Shown here: piece by piece, positions 52,099 through 62,296 of the stretch
Position numbering within the stretch: the first letter of the stretch is position 1
Layout: each line of letters starts with the position of its first letter
Source of the DNA: a bacterium
Lineage (GTDB): Bacteria; Sysuimicrobiota; Sysuimicrobiia; Sysuimicrobiales; Humicultoraceae
Assembly: GCA_031082185.1 (NCBI GenBank)
Contig: JAVHLI010000001.1
Coordinates: 313,980-377,979 of the forward strand
Length of the DNA: 64,000 nt
Direction: 5' to 3'
Made by a program: the position numbers and the translations under genes
The notes under the pieces: generated by a model
Told to the model about the DNA's origin: nothing
The model's database searches: none
Seen by the model: only the letters and a program-made list of their open reading frames with translations

Positions 52099-52984
52099 TG
52101 CGTCCGAGCCCGTAGACGCGACGACGGCCGGTTCGCACCCGCCACGTAAGCTCTGGCGGATCGCCGCCCAGCGGCTACGCCGGAACCCGCCGGCCCTTAT
52201 CGCGGCGGGATTCCTGGTCCTGATTCACCTGGGTGCGGTCCTTGGCCCGTCGGTGTTGGGCCGCGACCCGTTTCTCACCGATCCGCTCTCCACGCTGCAC
52301 GCCATCAGCCTCCGGCACCCTCTGGGCACCGATGAGGTGGGCCGCGACGTGCTGGCCCGCCTGATGTTGGGCTCGCGCGTCTCGCTGACGGTCGGGTTCG
52401 TGGCGATGGCCATTTCGGTCTCGGTGGGCATCACGGTGGGAGCGCTGTCGGGCTACTTCGGACGGTGGCCGGACGTCGCGCTGATGCGGTTCACCGACGC
52501 GATGATGGCGCTGCCCACGTTCTTCGTGATCCTGGCCGCGCTGGCGGTCTTCGGCGGAGGGCCGGTGGCCGCCACGGTGGTCATCGGGTTGACCGCGTGG
52601 ATGCCGGTGGCGCGCATCGTGCGCAGCGAGTACCTTCGCTGGCGCGTCACGGAGTTCGTCGAGGCCGCGCGGGCCATCGGCGCGGGCGACGGTCGGATCA
52701 TGGTTCGGCACATCCTGCCACAGGTTACCCCCTCGATCATTGTGGCCGCCACGCTCAACGTCGCCTTTGCGATCCTGACCGAGTCGGCGATCTCGTACCT
52801 GGGGCTCGGAATCAGGCCGCCGCTGCCCTCTTGGGGGAACATGCTGCAGAACGCGCAGATCTACCTTTGGTCGGCGCCGAACCTGGCGATGTACCCCGGC
52901 ATGCTGATCCTGGCCACGGTGCTGGCTTACAACTTCCTGGGCGACGGCCTGCGCGACGCCCTTGATCCGAGGCTGAAGCTATGA
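52091..52984 (+). CDS. Peptide ABC permease (DppC/OppC-like)
   Basis: HPLGTDEVGRD, FVEAARAIGA, RHILP, GDGLRDALDP. Confidence 0.92.
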   Translation: MASASEPVDATTAGSHPPRKLWRIAAQRLRRNPPALIAAGFLVLIHLGAVLGPSVLGRDPFLTDPLSTLHAISLRHPLGTDEVGRDVLARLMLGSRVSLTVGFVAMAISVSVGITVGALSGYFGRWPDVALMRFTDAMMALPTFFVILAALAVFGGGPVAATVVIGLTAWMPVARIVRSEYLRWRVTEFVEAARAIGAGDGRIMVRHILPQVTPSIIVAATLNVAFAILTESAISYLGLGIRPPLPSWGNMLQNAQIYLWSAPNLAMYPGMLILATVLAYNFLGDGLRDALDPRLKL

Positions 52985-54132
52985 AGGGAACCCACGCCTC
53001 CCGCGCCTGGACCCTGGCCGCGGCGGGCGACATCATGCTGGAACACCTGCCCGCCGCGAACCCCCTCCACGACCTGCTCCGGCGCGCGGACTTTGCGTTC
53101 GCGAACGTGGAGGCGCCGCTCTCCGACCGCGGCCACCCTGCGGACAAGCTCATCGTGCTGCGGTCAGCGCCCTCTCTCGCGTCCGTCCTGCCGAATCTAG
53201 GGCTCTCCGTAGTGTCATTTGCCCACAACCACGCCCTCGACTTCGGGATCCCGGCCCTGGAGCAGACGCTCGAGGTGGTGCGGGCCGCGGGCGTCCGGGT
53301 CGTAGGCGCCGGGGCCACCCTGGACGAGGCGCTACGGCCGGCGTTCACGGAGTGTCCGTCCGTCGAGCCCTCTTCCATTCGGCGCGCACCCTCCGGGCAC
53401 CCGCCGGTGCGCGTCGCGTGGCTCGGGTTTGCCTCGACGCTGCCGACCGGATCCGCCGCTGCGCCCGGGCGGCCGGGCGTTGCGCCCCTGCGCGTGCGCG
53501 TGCGGATCGAGGCCGACGCTTCGGTCGCCGAGGAGCAGCCCGGTACCTCGCCGTACGTCTCCACGGAGGTAGTCGCGGAGGATCTCGACCGCGCCGCCGC
53601 GGCGGTGCGCGCGGCAACCCGAGAGTCGGACGCCGTAATCGTGAGCGTCCATTGGGGCGTGCCGCCTGGGTGGGCGGCGCCGTTCCAGGGCATCCTGGCG
53701 GACTACCAGCAGCCGGCGGCGCACGCGCTCATCGAGGCCGGAGCTGCCGCCATACTGGGTCACCACCCGCACTGCCTGCACGGCGTTGAGGTCTACCGCG
53801 GCAGGCCTATCCTCTACAGCATGGGGAACTTCTTGTTCCACGCCATGGGCGAGGGGAGGCGCTTCGAGCTGGGTAGGCCGGCGCCGCCCTACCGCATGGA
53901 GGCAGTCAGCACCCCCGAGCTGGCGGAGTCGGCGGTCTTCGTGCTTGAGTTCGACGGCGCAAGCTGCAGGCGTCTCGTGGTACACCCCACCGCCAGCGAC
54001 CCGGCAGGCGAGCAGTGCGCGGCGGCCCCGGAGCAGGTCTTTCGGATACTGGCGCGGATGCGGGCGATGAGCGCTGCGCTCGGGACGGAACTGAGGACGG
54101 CCGGAGAGACAGGGTATATCGATCTCACTTGA
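52981..54132 (+). CDS. CapA/PgsA-family metallophosphatase-fold protein
   Basis: AGDIML, ANVE, HNHALDFG, SVHWG, GHHPH, YSMGNF. Confidence 0.88.
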   Translation: MKGTHASRAWTLAAAGDIMLEHLPAANPLHDLLRRADFAFANVEAPLSDRGHPADKLIVLRSAPSLASVLPNLGLSVVSFAHNHALDFGIPALEQTLEVVRAAGVRVVGAGATLDEALRPAFTECPSVEPSSIRRAPSGHPPVRVAWLGFASTLPTGSAAAPGRPGVAPLRVRVRIEADASVAEEQPGTSPYVSTEVVAEDLDRAAAAVRAATRESDAVIVSVHWGVPPGWAAPFQGILADYQQPAAHALIEAGAAAILGHHPHCLHGVEVYRGRPILYSMGNFLFHAMGEGRRFELGRPAPPYRMEAVSTPELAESAVFVLEFDGASCRRLVVHPTASDPAGEQCAAAPEQVFRILARMRAMSAALGTELRTAGETGYIDLT

Positions 54133-54175
54133 GAGTTCATCCGACGAGAACCCACCCTAAGGAGGCGTACGACAT

Positions 54176-55951
54176 ATGAGCACGGTCAGCGACTGGCGCA
54201 ACCAGGCCGACGAGCAGGCGCTCGTCGAAGACGTATCGCTGGACGAGCCCTGGCCGCTCGTCGAGAAGTTCAACGGGCTGGTCCGCGAGTCCGGCACCAA
54301 GCAGGAGAAGCGGGCCTTCGATTACATCAGCAAGCGTCTGAAGAAGCACTGCGTTCCCCACACCATCCACACGCCTACGCTGCTGATCAGCGTGCCCCGG
54401 CGCGCGCGGTTGGAGATCCTGGCGCCCGAGCGCCGCGCGGTGGCCGCGAAGACGCCTTCGATGTCGCACTCCACCGGCGGTCGGTGGAAGCGCGGCCAGG
54501 TTGTGTACGTTCCCACGCACCACATGGGCCACATCCGAGGGCTATTCGAGGGCGTGGGGAGGGATATGCCCGAGGTCGCGGGCAAGATCGTCCTGACCGA
54601 GGGCTACGCCTCGCCTGGCAAGGTGGCCGACTTCACCAAGGCAGGCGCGATCGGCGTCATCTTCATCAGTCCTGGCGAGCGGATCCACGAGGGCATCTGT
54701 ACGACCATCTGGGGCTCGCCCGACCTGGACTCGTGGGAGCGCAAGCCGACGATTCCTGTAGTCTCCGTGAACAAGACCGACGGCGCCTGGCTGCGCGACC
54801 TGGCTCAGGGCGGCGAGGTCAAGGCCCGCCTTTCCACGAAGCTGGACGAAGGCTGGGTCGAGTGCCCGGTGTGTGTGGCCGAAATCCCCGGCCGCGAGGC
54901 GCCCGAGGAGTTTGTCCTGGTCCACGGCCACCTGGACGGCTGGCACCAGGGCATCGGCGACAACGCCACGGGCAACGCCACCCTTCTGGAACTCGCGCGC
55001 GTCCTCTGGAAGCACCGGGACCGGCTGGCGCGCACGGTGCGGATCGCCTGGTGGTCAGGTCACTCCCAGGGCCGGTACGCCGGTTCGGTATGGTACGCTG
55101 ACGAGTTCGGGCTCGACATCGACGCCAACTGCGTCGCGCACATCAACTGCGACTCCACGGGCTGCCGGTGGGCCACCGTGTACGAGGACGTCTTCTGGAT
55201 GAGCGAGGCCGAGGGCATCGGGAAGGCGGTCATCAAGGACGTGACCGGCCTCGATGCCGCCGGCGGGCGGCCGCTGCGCGCGGGTGACTGCTCGTTCTCG
55301 AACGTCGGCGTCTCGACCTTCTACATGCTGTCATCCACGATGCCCAAGCCGCTCTTGGAGGAGAAAGGCTACTACCCCGTGGGCGGTTGTGGCGCCAACA
55401 TCGCCTGGCACACCGAGGACGATACACTCGAGATTGCCGACCGCGACAACCTGCTGCGCGACACGAAGGTCTACACCGTCGCGGCCTACCGGGCGGCCAA
55501 CGCCCCGCTGCACCCGCTCGATTTCCGCGCGCTGGCCGAGGAGATGGCCGGCACGCTGAAGGCATACGGCGATGCGGCAGGGGGCGCGTTCGATCTCAGC
55601 CAGCCGCTCGCAGAGGCGAAGGCGCTGCGAGCCGACCTCGACCGCTGGTACCTCGACCGCGCTGGCCTGGGCGGCCGACCGGCATCCGACCCCGCGGTGC
55701 GGGCGGCCAATACCACGCTGCGGAAACTCGCGCGCGTCCTTGTGCGGATCAACTACACCCGCGCCGGCCGGTTCCGCCACGACCCGGCGGTGGACGTGCC
55801 TCCGCTGCCCGATCTGGCTCCGGCCAAGACCCTGGCGGGAATCGAGCCGGGGGGGCACCGATACCGCGTGACGCTGACGCACCTGGTGCGCGGCCGTAAC
55901 CGCGTGACCGCGGCGCTGCGTGAGGCACGGGGGCTGGTGGCGGCACCATGA
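54176..55951 (+). CDS. Cytoplasmic M28-like metallopeptidase with a PA-like domain
   Basis: HGHLDGW, DNATG, WSGHSQGRYAGS, NCDSTG, WHTEDD. Confidence 0.8.
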   Translation: MSTVSDWRNQADEQALVEDVSLDEPWPLVEKFNGLVRESGTKQEKRAFDYISKRLKKHCVPHTIHTPTLLISVPRRARLEILAPERRAVAAKTPSMSHSTGGRWKRGQVVYVPTHHMGHIRGLFEGVGRDMPEVAGKIVLTEGYASPGKVADFTKAGAIGVIFISPGERIHEGICTTIWGSPDLDSWERKPTIPVVSVNKTDGAWLRDLAQGGEVKARLSTKLDEGWVECPVCVAEIPGREAPEEFVLVHGHLDGWHQGIGDNATGNATLLELARVLWKHRDRLARTVRIAWWSGHSQGRYAGSVWYADEFGLDIDANCVAHINCDSTGCRWATVYEDVFWMSEAEGIGKAVIKDVTGLDAAGGRPLRAGDCSFSNVGVSTFYMLSSTMPKPLLEEKGYYPVGGCGANIAWHTEDDTLEIADRDNLLRDTKVYTVAAYRAANAPLHPLDFRALAEEMAGTLKAYGDAAGGAFDLSQPLAEAKALRADLDRWYLDRAGLGGRPASDPAVRAANTTLRKLARVLVRINYTRAGRFRHDPAVDVPPLPDLAPAKTLAGIEPGGHRYRVTLTHLVRGRNRVTAALREARGLVAAP

Positions 55952-57042
55952 GAGCCGCCGTCATCCACCGTCACGGCGGTCCCGAGGTCCTGAACATCGA
56001 GGAGGTTCCGATTCCCACGGCCGGCCCAGGCGAGGCCCTGATCCGGGTCGGCGCCTGCGCGCTGAACAACATGGACATCTGGGCGCGCTCGGGCCCGCCC
56101 GGGGGCCGGGTCGTCTTCCCCTGGCGTGAGCGGAAGTTCCCACTCACGACGGGCGGGGACGTGGCAGGGACGGTGGTGGCTGTAGGGTCCGAGACGGGAG
56201 TGCCCGCGGGGCCCGGTGTCCTGCCCGCCGCCTCCGGCGCCCAAGAGTGGCAGCCCGGCGACCGCGTCGTGATCAACCCGATCCTGGCGTGCGGACGGTG
56301 CGGGTTCTGCCTCGCTGGCGAGCAGACGATGTGCCTCTCGTACAAGATCTTCGGCGAGCACACGCCCGGCGGGCTGGCCGAGTATGTGGTCGCGCCCTTC
56401 GCGAACCTGATCCGTGTCCCAGACCACGTGTCCTTCGAGAAGGCGGCCGTGCCCGCGGCCTACTGCACCGCCTGGCGGATGATGATCACCGCCGGGGGCC
56501 TCCGCGCGGGTGAGGACGTGCTGGCCGTCGGCGCCTCAGGCGGCGTGGGAACCGCGGTGCTTCTGATCGCGCGGATGGCCGGCGCGCGCCGGATCTTCGC
56601 CGTATTGGGCGGGCCCGAGAAGGCGGCCAAGGCCGCGGCCGCCGGCGCAATCCCCATAGACCACAGGGAGCACCCGAACTTCAGCGAGCAGATACTGGCC
56701 GCCACCGACGGCGCCGGAGTGCACCTCGCGGCCGACCCCGTCGGCGCGCCGTCTTGGCAGCAGACAATTCGCAGCCTCCGCCGCGGCGGCCGCATGACGA
56801 TCTGCGGCGCCTCCGGCGGCGAGCGGCCCGACTTCGACATCCGCGAGGTCTACCAGTGCCACCGCCGGATCATAGGCGCGCCGATGGGCAACGCGAGTGA
56901 CTTGCGCGCGGTTATGTCCGCGATCTTCACTGGCGCGATAGATCCCATCCTGCACGCTGTGCTGCCCCTTTCCGAGATCCGGGAAGCCCACCGGATCATG
57001 GGCGCGCGGGAGCACTTCGGCAAGGTGGTGATGGTGCCGTAG
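55948..57042 (+). CDS. Zn-binding medium-chain dehydrogenase / quinone oxidoreductase family
   Basis: GGPEVL, CGRCGFC...C structural Zn site, GASGGVG, HFGKVV. Confidence 0.88.
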   Translation: MRAAVIHRHGGPEVLNIEEVPIPTAGPGEALIRVGACALNNMDIWARSGPPGGRVVFPWRERKFPLTTGGDVAGTVVAVGSETGVPAGPGVLPAASGAQEWQPGDRVVINPILACGRCGFCLAGEQTMCLSYKIFGEHTPGGLAEYVVAPFANLIRVPDHVSFEKAAVPAAYCTAWRMMITAGGLRAGEDVLAVGASGGVGTAVLLIARMAGARRIFAVLGGPEKAAKAAAAGAIPIDHREHPNFSEQILAATDGAGVHLAADPVGAPSWQQTIRSLRRGGRMTICGASGGERPDFDIREVYQCHRRIIGAPMGNASDLRAVMSAIFTGAIDPILHAVLPLSEIREAHRIMGAREHFGKVVMVP

Positions 57043-57074
57043 GGTGTTGCGTTAGGAGCAACCGACGCACCCTA

Positions 57075-57132
57075 TTGACAGGGGTGCACCGTACGGGTCA
57101 TGCTTAAGAGGCGATGTCATCTAGACGTCTAG
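57075..57132 (+). promoter_or_regulatory. Promoter and palindromic operator-like site at the GntR gene start
   Basis: TTGACA(57075)-N18-CATGCT; perfect palindrome CTAGACGTCTAG at 57121-57132. Confidence 0.55.
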
Positions 57133-57833
57133 TGCGGTCCACGATTAACCCCCACTCCCGCGTTCCCAAGTATCTTCAGCTCAAAGCAAAGTTCATGCGC
57201 GAGATCCAGGAGGGACGGTGGACTGAGGGTGCACGATTCGCGTCTGATCAGGAGCTGACCTCGCAGCTCGGGGTTAGCAGGATGACGGTGCGACAGGCCG
57301 TCTCCGAACTGGTCAACGATGGCTTCCTCCGCCGCGATCATGGGAAGGGTACCTTCGTCACGCGGCCCCGCGCCCTGCGTCGGTTCTGGACGGTGATTTC
57401 ATTCACTGAGGAAATGAGGTCCCGGGGGCTGGAGGTTCAGAACAAGCTGCTCGGCGTCCGGCGGGTGATCCCGTCCGGCCCGATCCAGAAGGCGCTGCGC
57501 CTGGGGCCAGGGGAGCGCGTGCTGCAGATCCGGCGCATCCGCGCGGTACACGGCCAGCCCATTGCCTACAACGTTTCCAACATCCCACTGTCCCGCTGTC
57601 CCGACCTGGACCGCTGCAACCTCGAGGAGGACTCGCTCTACCTCATCATCCAGAACCGGTACGGCTATCGGATCACGCGGGGCGACCGGGCCTACCGCGC
57701 GGCCAAACCCAGCCGAGCAGAGGCGGCGCTGCTGGGGGTCGCGCCGGGCGACCCGGTGTTGGTCGTGGAGGGCACGACGTTCGTGGACCGGGAGATCCCC
57801 ATTGACTACTGCTACGAGGTCTACCGTGAATAG
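57114..57833 (+). CDS. GntR/HutC-family regulator (UTRA domain)
   Basis: PKYLQL, GVSRMTVRQA, GKGTFV, SFTEEM. Confidence 0.92.
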   Translation: MSSRRLVRSTINPHSRVPKYLQLKAKFMREIQEGRWTEGARFASDQELTSQLGVSRMTVRQAVSELVNDGFLRRDHGKGTFVTRPRALRRFWTVISFTEEMRSRGLEVQNKLLGVRRVIPSGPIQKALRLGPGERVLQIRRIRAVHGQPIAYNVSNIPLSRCPDLDRCNLEEDSLYLIIQNRYGYRITRGDRAYRAAKPSRAEAALLGVAPGDPVLVVEGTTFVDREIPIDYCYEVYRE

Positions 57834-58374
57834 GCCGGTGCGGATCGGCGTGATAGGTGAGCAGGACGCCTCTCCGGCGCTTGTTGCTGTGGCCGAGGAA
57901 GTCGGCCGGGAGGTCGCCCGCAGGGGCGGCGTGGTTGTCTGCGGCGGGATGGGAGGGGTGATGGCCGGCGCGGCGCGGGGTGCGGCCCGCGAGGGGGGCG
58001 TCGTCGTTGGCATCCTCCCAGGGTCCACCGCCGATGGAGGCAGCCCTCACGTGACCATACCCATCGTTACGGGCATGGGAGAGGGGCGCAATGTCCTGAT
58101 CGCGCGCACGGCGGAGGCGGTGATTGCGATAGGAGGCGCCTACGGAACGCTTTCGGAGATCGCCTACGCGCTCAAGATGGGCGTCACGGTGGTGGGTTAC
58201 GGGACCTGGGTGATGCAACGGGCCGGGATTGAGGCCGATCCCATCCGGCGCGTGGACAAACCCATTGAGGCAGTGGCACTTGCCTGGGAGGCGGCCGTCG
58301 AGCGCCGGCGCTCTGCGGAGGGTAACGTGCCTCACGAAGAACGTTCCCCAAAGGGGAGGAGGGAAGAACCATGA
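57826..58374 (+). CDS. TIGR00725 / LOG-like Rossmann-fold protein
   Basis: IGVIG, CGGMGGVM, VGILP, TGMGEGRN, GAYGTLSEI. Confidence 0.85.
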   Translation: MNRPVRIGVIGEQDASPALVAVAEEVGREVARRGGVVVCGGMGGVMAGAARGAAREGGVVVGILPGSTADGGSPHVTIPIVTGMGEGRNVLIARTAEAVIAIGGAYGTLSEIAYALKMGVTVVGYGTWVMQRAGIEADPIRRVDKPIEAVALAWEAAVERRRSAEGNVPHEERSPKGRREEP

Positions 58375-59519
58375 GAAGGCTGATTGCAGTCCTTGTGGTG
58401 CTGGTGGTCGTCGCGGCCGCTGGCCCCGCAGGGTACGGACAGTCTCGCGTGACGCTGCAGGTGGCCATTGCAGCGGACGTCAACGTCGTAGAGGTTCATC
58501 GGAACTTCCTGGGCGTGGCGTTCAGCAAGAACCACCCGACGGTAGGTTTCAACGTTGTGGGCACCGGCACCGGCGAGGCAGCCAGCCGGGCGATCTATAC
58601 CAAGCTCAAGGCGCAGGCCGACGCCGGGCGCCGCAACTGGGACATTGACGTGGCGGTGGTCTCGATGCGATACGCTGCGCAGATGGTGAGGGAGAACCTG
58701 CTGCACAGGTTCACCTCCGACCTCCAGTTCGCACCCTACGTGGTGGGTCCCGACACGGTACGGGCGTTCGGGGTGGACATCAAGGGCTACGTGGTCCCCA
58801 TGTTTCGCAATCAGATAGCCATAGCCTACAACCCGCAGTTCGTGAGCAAGCCACCCCGGACATTCGCCGAGCTAGAGGCCTGGGTGCGGGCCAACCCCCG
58901 GCGGTTCGGCTACAACGGAATACGGGGCGGTGTCTCTGGTATCGGTTTCACCATGGGGTGGGTGTTCTACAAGACCGGGCAGTACGATCTTCTCCTCCAG
59001 GGACCCTACGACAAAGCCCATGAGGGGATGATCCGCTCGTCCATCGAGCAGCTTCGGGAGTTCAACCGGAATGTCACGGTCACCTCGGGCAATGCCGGCA
59101 CCTTGGACGCCTTGAACCGCGGCGAGATATGGATGGGCGCGGTGTGGGTGGACCAGCTCGTGGCCTGGAAGAACGAGGGGCGCATGAACCCGGATATCAC
59201 CCCGGTGCTGATCGCGCCCGGGCTGCCCATCTACCCGCTCTACCTGACGGTGCCGCGCGAGGCGGCCAACCGCGACTGGGCCGCGAAGTACATAGACCTG
59301 GTGGCCAACCCACACATCCAGGCCAAGGTCATCGTGGAGCAGTTCGGTTGGTACCCGGGGATTGACCCCAACCGGGTGATGCCGCTGGTGTCGGACAAGG
59401 CCAAGGCGCTGCTGTTCCGAGGCGTGACCGCCGAGGACCTAGCCCGCTACTCGCGGCAGATGCCGCTGGCCGAGTACTATGACTTCATCCTGCTGGCCTA
59501 CGAGGAGATCGTGCGTTAG
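58371..59519 (+). CDS. ABC extracellular solute-binding protein (PotD/YnjB-like)
   Basis: Signal peptide; IAYNP..V.KPPRTFAEL, NPRRFGYNG, LNRGEIWM. Confidence 0.8.
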   Translation: MRRLIAVLVVLVVVAAAGPAGYGQSRVTLQVAIAADVNVVEVHRNFLGVAFSKNHPTVGFNVVGTGTGEAASRAIYTKLKAQADAGRRNWDIDVAVVSMRYAAQMVRENLLHRFTSDLQFAPYVVGPDTVRAFGVDIKGYVVPMFRNQIAIAYNPQFVSKPPRTFAELEAWVRANPRRFGYNGIRGGVSGIGFTMGWVFYKTGQYDLLLQGPYDKAHEGMIRSSIEQLREFNRNVTVTSGNAGTLDALNRGEIWMGAVWVDQLVAWKNEGRMNPDITPVLIAPGLPIYPLYLTVPREAANRDWAAKYIDLVANPHIQAKVIVEQFGWYPGIDPNRVMPLVSDKAKALLFRGVTAEDLARYSRQMPLAEYYDFILLAYEEIVR

Positions 59520-60344
59520 GTGAACGCGGCACGGCCGGCGGAGCAGGTCCTGTGGTGGCTGGCGGCAATACCGGCCACCATGGTGATCATCGTCGGCTTT
59601 GGGTTTCCGCTGGTGCAGTCGCTTGTCGCGTCGTTCACGCGCGACGGCGTTCTGACGCTGGCGAACTACGAGCTGGTCTACAGGTTATACAGGCAAGACG
59701 TCGTCTACACGGTCTTGGTGGCCGCTGCGGGGTTGGTGCTGACCTTCGGGATCGGCATCCCCCTCAGCGGCTACCTGCGGCTGCACCACTCGCAGACCGC
59801 CGAATTTCTATTGAAGGTCCCGCTCTTCGTTCCGTTCGTGGTCGTCGGGCATGCGATGCGCATCTTCCTGGCCCCGCGTGGCACGCTGCTGATCTTCCTG
59901 CACGCGCTGGGGCTGGTATCCCAGGACACAACCCTGGCGATCAGCGAGGGATGGCTGGGGCTTTCAATAGCGCTGGCGTGGAAGCACCTGGCCCTGGTGG
60001 TCCTGCTGCTGATGGGCGCGTTCCGGGGGGTGGGCGAGGAGTACCTGGAGGCCGCGCGGGGCTTCGGCGCCGGGACGCTTCGGCAGATCTGGGCGGTTAT
60101 GGTGCCCATGGCGGCACCGTCAATCGGGCTGGCAGTGGTGCTATCGCTTACGTCGATGCTGGCCTCGTTCTCTATCCCCCTTATGATGACGAAGGGGTCC
60201 GGGCCTCAGATGTTGATGATTGACCTCTACCACCGTTACGGGCTGCACGGCGACTTCGGCACGGCCAGCGCGATCGGCGTAGTGTCCTACCTCCTGGCCG
60301 CGGGAGCCGCCTACTACTACCTGAAGGGCGTCGTGCGGCAGTGA
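59520..60344 (+). CDS. ABC permease (PotB-like)
   Basis: PLFVPFVV; EAA loop YLEAARGFGA. Confidence 0.88.
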   Translation: MNAARPAEQVLWWLAAIPATMVIIVGFGFPLVQSLVASFTRDGVLTLANYELVYRLYRQDVVYTVLVAAAGLVLTFGIGIPLSGYLRLHHSQTAEFLLKVPLFVPFVVVGHAMRIFLAPRGTLLIFLHALGLVSQDTTLAISEGWLGLSIALAWKHLALVVLLLMGAFRGVGEEYLEAARGFGAGTLRQIWAVMVPMAAPSIGLAVVLSLTSMLASFSIPLMMTKGSGPQMLMIDLYHRYGLHGDFGTASAIGVVSYLLAAGAAYYYLKGVVRQ

Positions 60345-61186
60345 ACGCGACCGTGCCGCCTGCGGCCCACCAGCGAGACCGGCCCAGGGGACTGCTGGCG
60401 CTGGTTCTGCGGGCGGCGCTTGTGGCCGTGCTCCTGGCAGCCGTCGTCGGGCCGCTGGCAGGGCTGGTGCTGTGGTCGGTCGCCGAGCGCTGGCACTGGC
60501 CGGCGCTGCTGCCCCAGCAGGTAGGGCTGAAGTACTGGGCCCGCATTACCCAAGGAGATCTGCTGGCCGCCCTTACCCGCGGCGTGGCTATCGCATCGGT
60601 GACCACCGTGGTGGCTTTGGTGGCCGCAATCCCGGTCTCCTACGGGGCCGCCAGGGCGCGCCTGCCGCTGGGTCCGGTGTTGCTCATGCTGTTCCTTCTG
60701 CCACAGGCCTTTCCGCAGTTGCCGGTCTTCGCCAGCGCCGCGGTGTTGTTCTACCGCTGGAACCTGGCGGGCACGTATGCAGGCGTCGTTCTGATCCACC
60801 TGGTGGGCGGGCTGGTCTACGCCGTCTGGACAATGACCGCCGTCTTCCGCGCGATCGGGGAGGACATTGAAGAGGCGGCAATAAACCTCGGCGCCTCGGT
60901 GACGCGGACGTTCTTCCGGATCTCGCTGCCGCTGGCGCTGCCGGGGGTGGTGGCCAGCTCGATCCTGGTCTTCATATACTCACTGGATGAGTTCACCGGT
61001 ACCCTGCTGGTGGGCGCACCGTACGTTACGACGCTGCCCGTTTACATGTACACGGCGAGCCTGGGATATGAACTCCAGATTGCTTCGGTTACCGCGCTTG
61101 TCCTGATGGTACCTGGGGTGCTCCTCCTGGTGCTCATGGAGCGCTTCCTGCGGGCCGAGTACCTGGCGTTCTTCGGGCGTCTGTGA
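60341..61186 (+). CDS. ABC permease (PotC-like)
   Basis: IEEAAINLGA, LPLALPG, SLDEF, TLPV. Confidence 0.88.
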   Translation: MNATVPPAAHQRDRPRGLLALVLRAALVAVLLAAVVGPLAGLVLWSVAERWHWPALLPQQVGLKYWARITQGDLLAALTRGVAIASVTTVVALVAAIPVSYGAARARLPLGPVLLMLFLLPQAFPQLPVFASAAVLFYRWNLAGTYAGVVLIHLVGGLVYAVWTMTAVFRAIGEDIEEAAINLGASVTRTFFRISLPLALPGVVASSILVFIYSLDEFTGTLLVGAPYVTTLPVYMYTASLGYELQIASVTALVLMVPGVLLLVLMERFLRAEYLAFFGRL

Positions 61187-61212
61187 GCACGTTCGGAGGG
61201 TGACTTAGAAAG

Positions 61213-62223
61213 ATGGATGTTCGCGTCGAAGACCTAACCAAGCGGTACGGACAGGTTACCGCGCTGGATGGCGTGAGCCAGGCTTTCCCATCGGGCGCTC
61301 TGACCGCGGTGGTCGGCCCCTCGGGGTGCGGCAAGACCACGCTTCTGCGCTGCCTGGCCGGATTCGTGGCTCCGGACCGCGGCCGGATCCGGATGGGTGA
61401 TCGGGACGTCACGTACACGCAGCCTCAATCGCGCGACGCGGCCATGGTCTTTCAGAGCTACGCACTCTGGCCACACATGACGGTCTTTGAGAACCTGGCC
61501 TTCGCCCTGCGATTGCGCAAGGTCTCCCGCCGCGACGTCGAGCAGAGAGTGCGCGAGGCGCTGGATCTTGTGGAGCTCGATCGCGTCCCCGGGATAGAGG
61601 GGCGAAAGCCCCGCCAGCTTTCAGGCGGGCAGCAGCAGCGCGTGGCGCTGGCCCGGGCCATCGCCGTCCGTCCTCAGGTGTTGCTGCTGGACGAGCCGCT
61701 CAGCAACCTGGACGCGAAGATCCGCCACCGCGTGCGCGTCGAGATTCGGGCGCTGCAGCGCCGCACCGGCATCACCGCAATCTACGTCACCCACGACCAA
61801 GAAGAGGCGATGAGCATCGCGGATATGGTCGTGGTCATGGAGGGTGGGCGCGTCGCTCAGGCCGGTCGTCCCGAAGAGGTCTATGCGCACCCCAAGAGCC
61901 CGTTCGTGGCGGAATTTCTGGGCTCCACGAACGTGCTTGCGGCGGTGATGGATCCTGACGGCCGGATCCTGCCCTCCGCGGCCGGCTCTCTCATCTTCCG
62001 CGCGGAGGACATTCAACTGGCGTCGCCGCAGGAACCAGCGCCTGCCGGTTCGGCCTGGGTGGACGGTGAGGTCGTGGATGTGCTCTTCCTCGGGGCGGGC
62101 TACCGCGCTTACATAAGGGTGGGTGAAGAGGTAGTGATGGCCGACCACCGCACCCCGATGCCACGCGGAGCCGTGCGCGCGGTGATTCCTCTCGATAAGG
62201 TCTTCGCGTTCGGTCGGAACTGA
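61213..62223 (+). CDS. ABC ATP-binding protein (PotA/MalK-like)
   Basis: [39 protein letters not shown]. Confidence 0.93.
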   Translation: MDVRVEDLTKRYGQVTALDGVSQAFPSGALTAVVGPSGCGKTTLLRCLAGFVAPDRGRIRMGDRDVTYTQPQSRDAAMVFQSYALWPHMTVFENLAFALRLRKVSRRDVEQRVREALDLVELDRVPGIEGRKPRQLSGGQQQRVALARAIAVRPQVLLLDEPLSNLDAKIRHRVRVEIRALQRRTGITAIYVTHDQEEAMSIADMVVVMEGGRVAQAGRPEEVYAHPKSPFVAEFLGSTNVLAAVMDPDGRILPSAAGSLIFRAEDIQLASPQEPAPAGSAWVDGEVVDVLFLGAGYRAYIRVGEEVVMADHRTPMPRGAVRAVIPLDKVFAFGRN

Positions 62224-62296
62224 GTGGGCGGGACTCCACCAGTTGTGATACCATGTGGATAGTGCTCCAGAGTCAGAGGGTTTGAGAAGTGGTTTC

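Noticed and set aside
52981..54132. Poly-gamma-glutamate capsule locus
   Set aside because: There is only a CapA-family domain, with no capB/capC and no membrane anchor.
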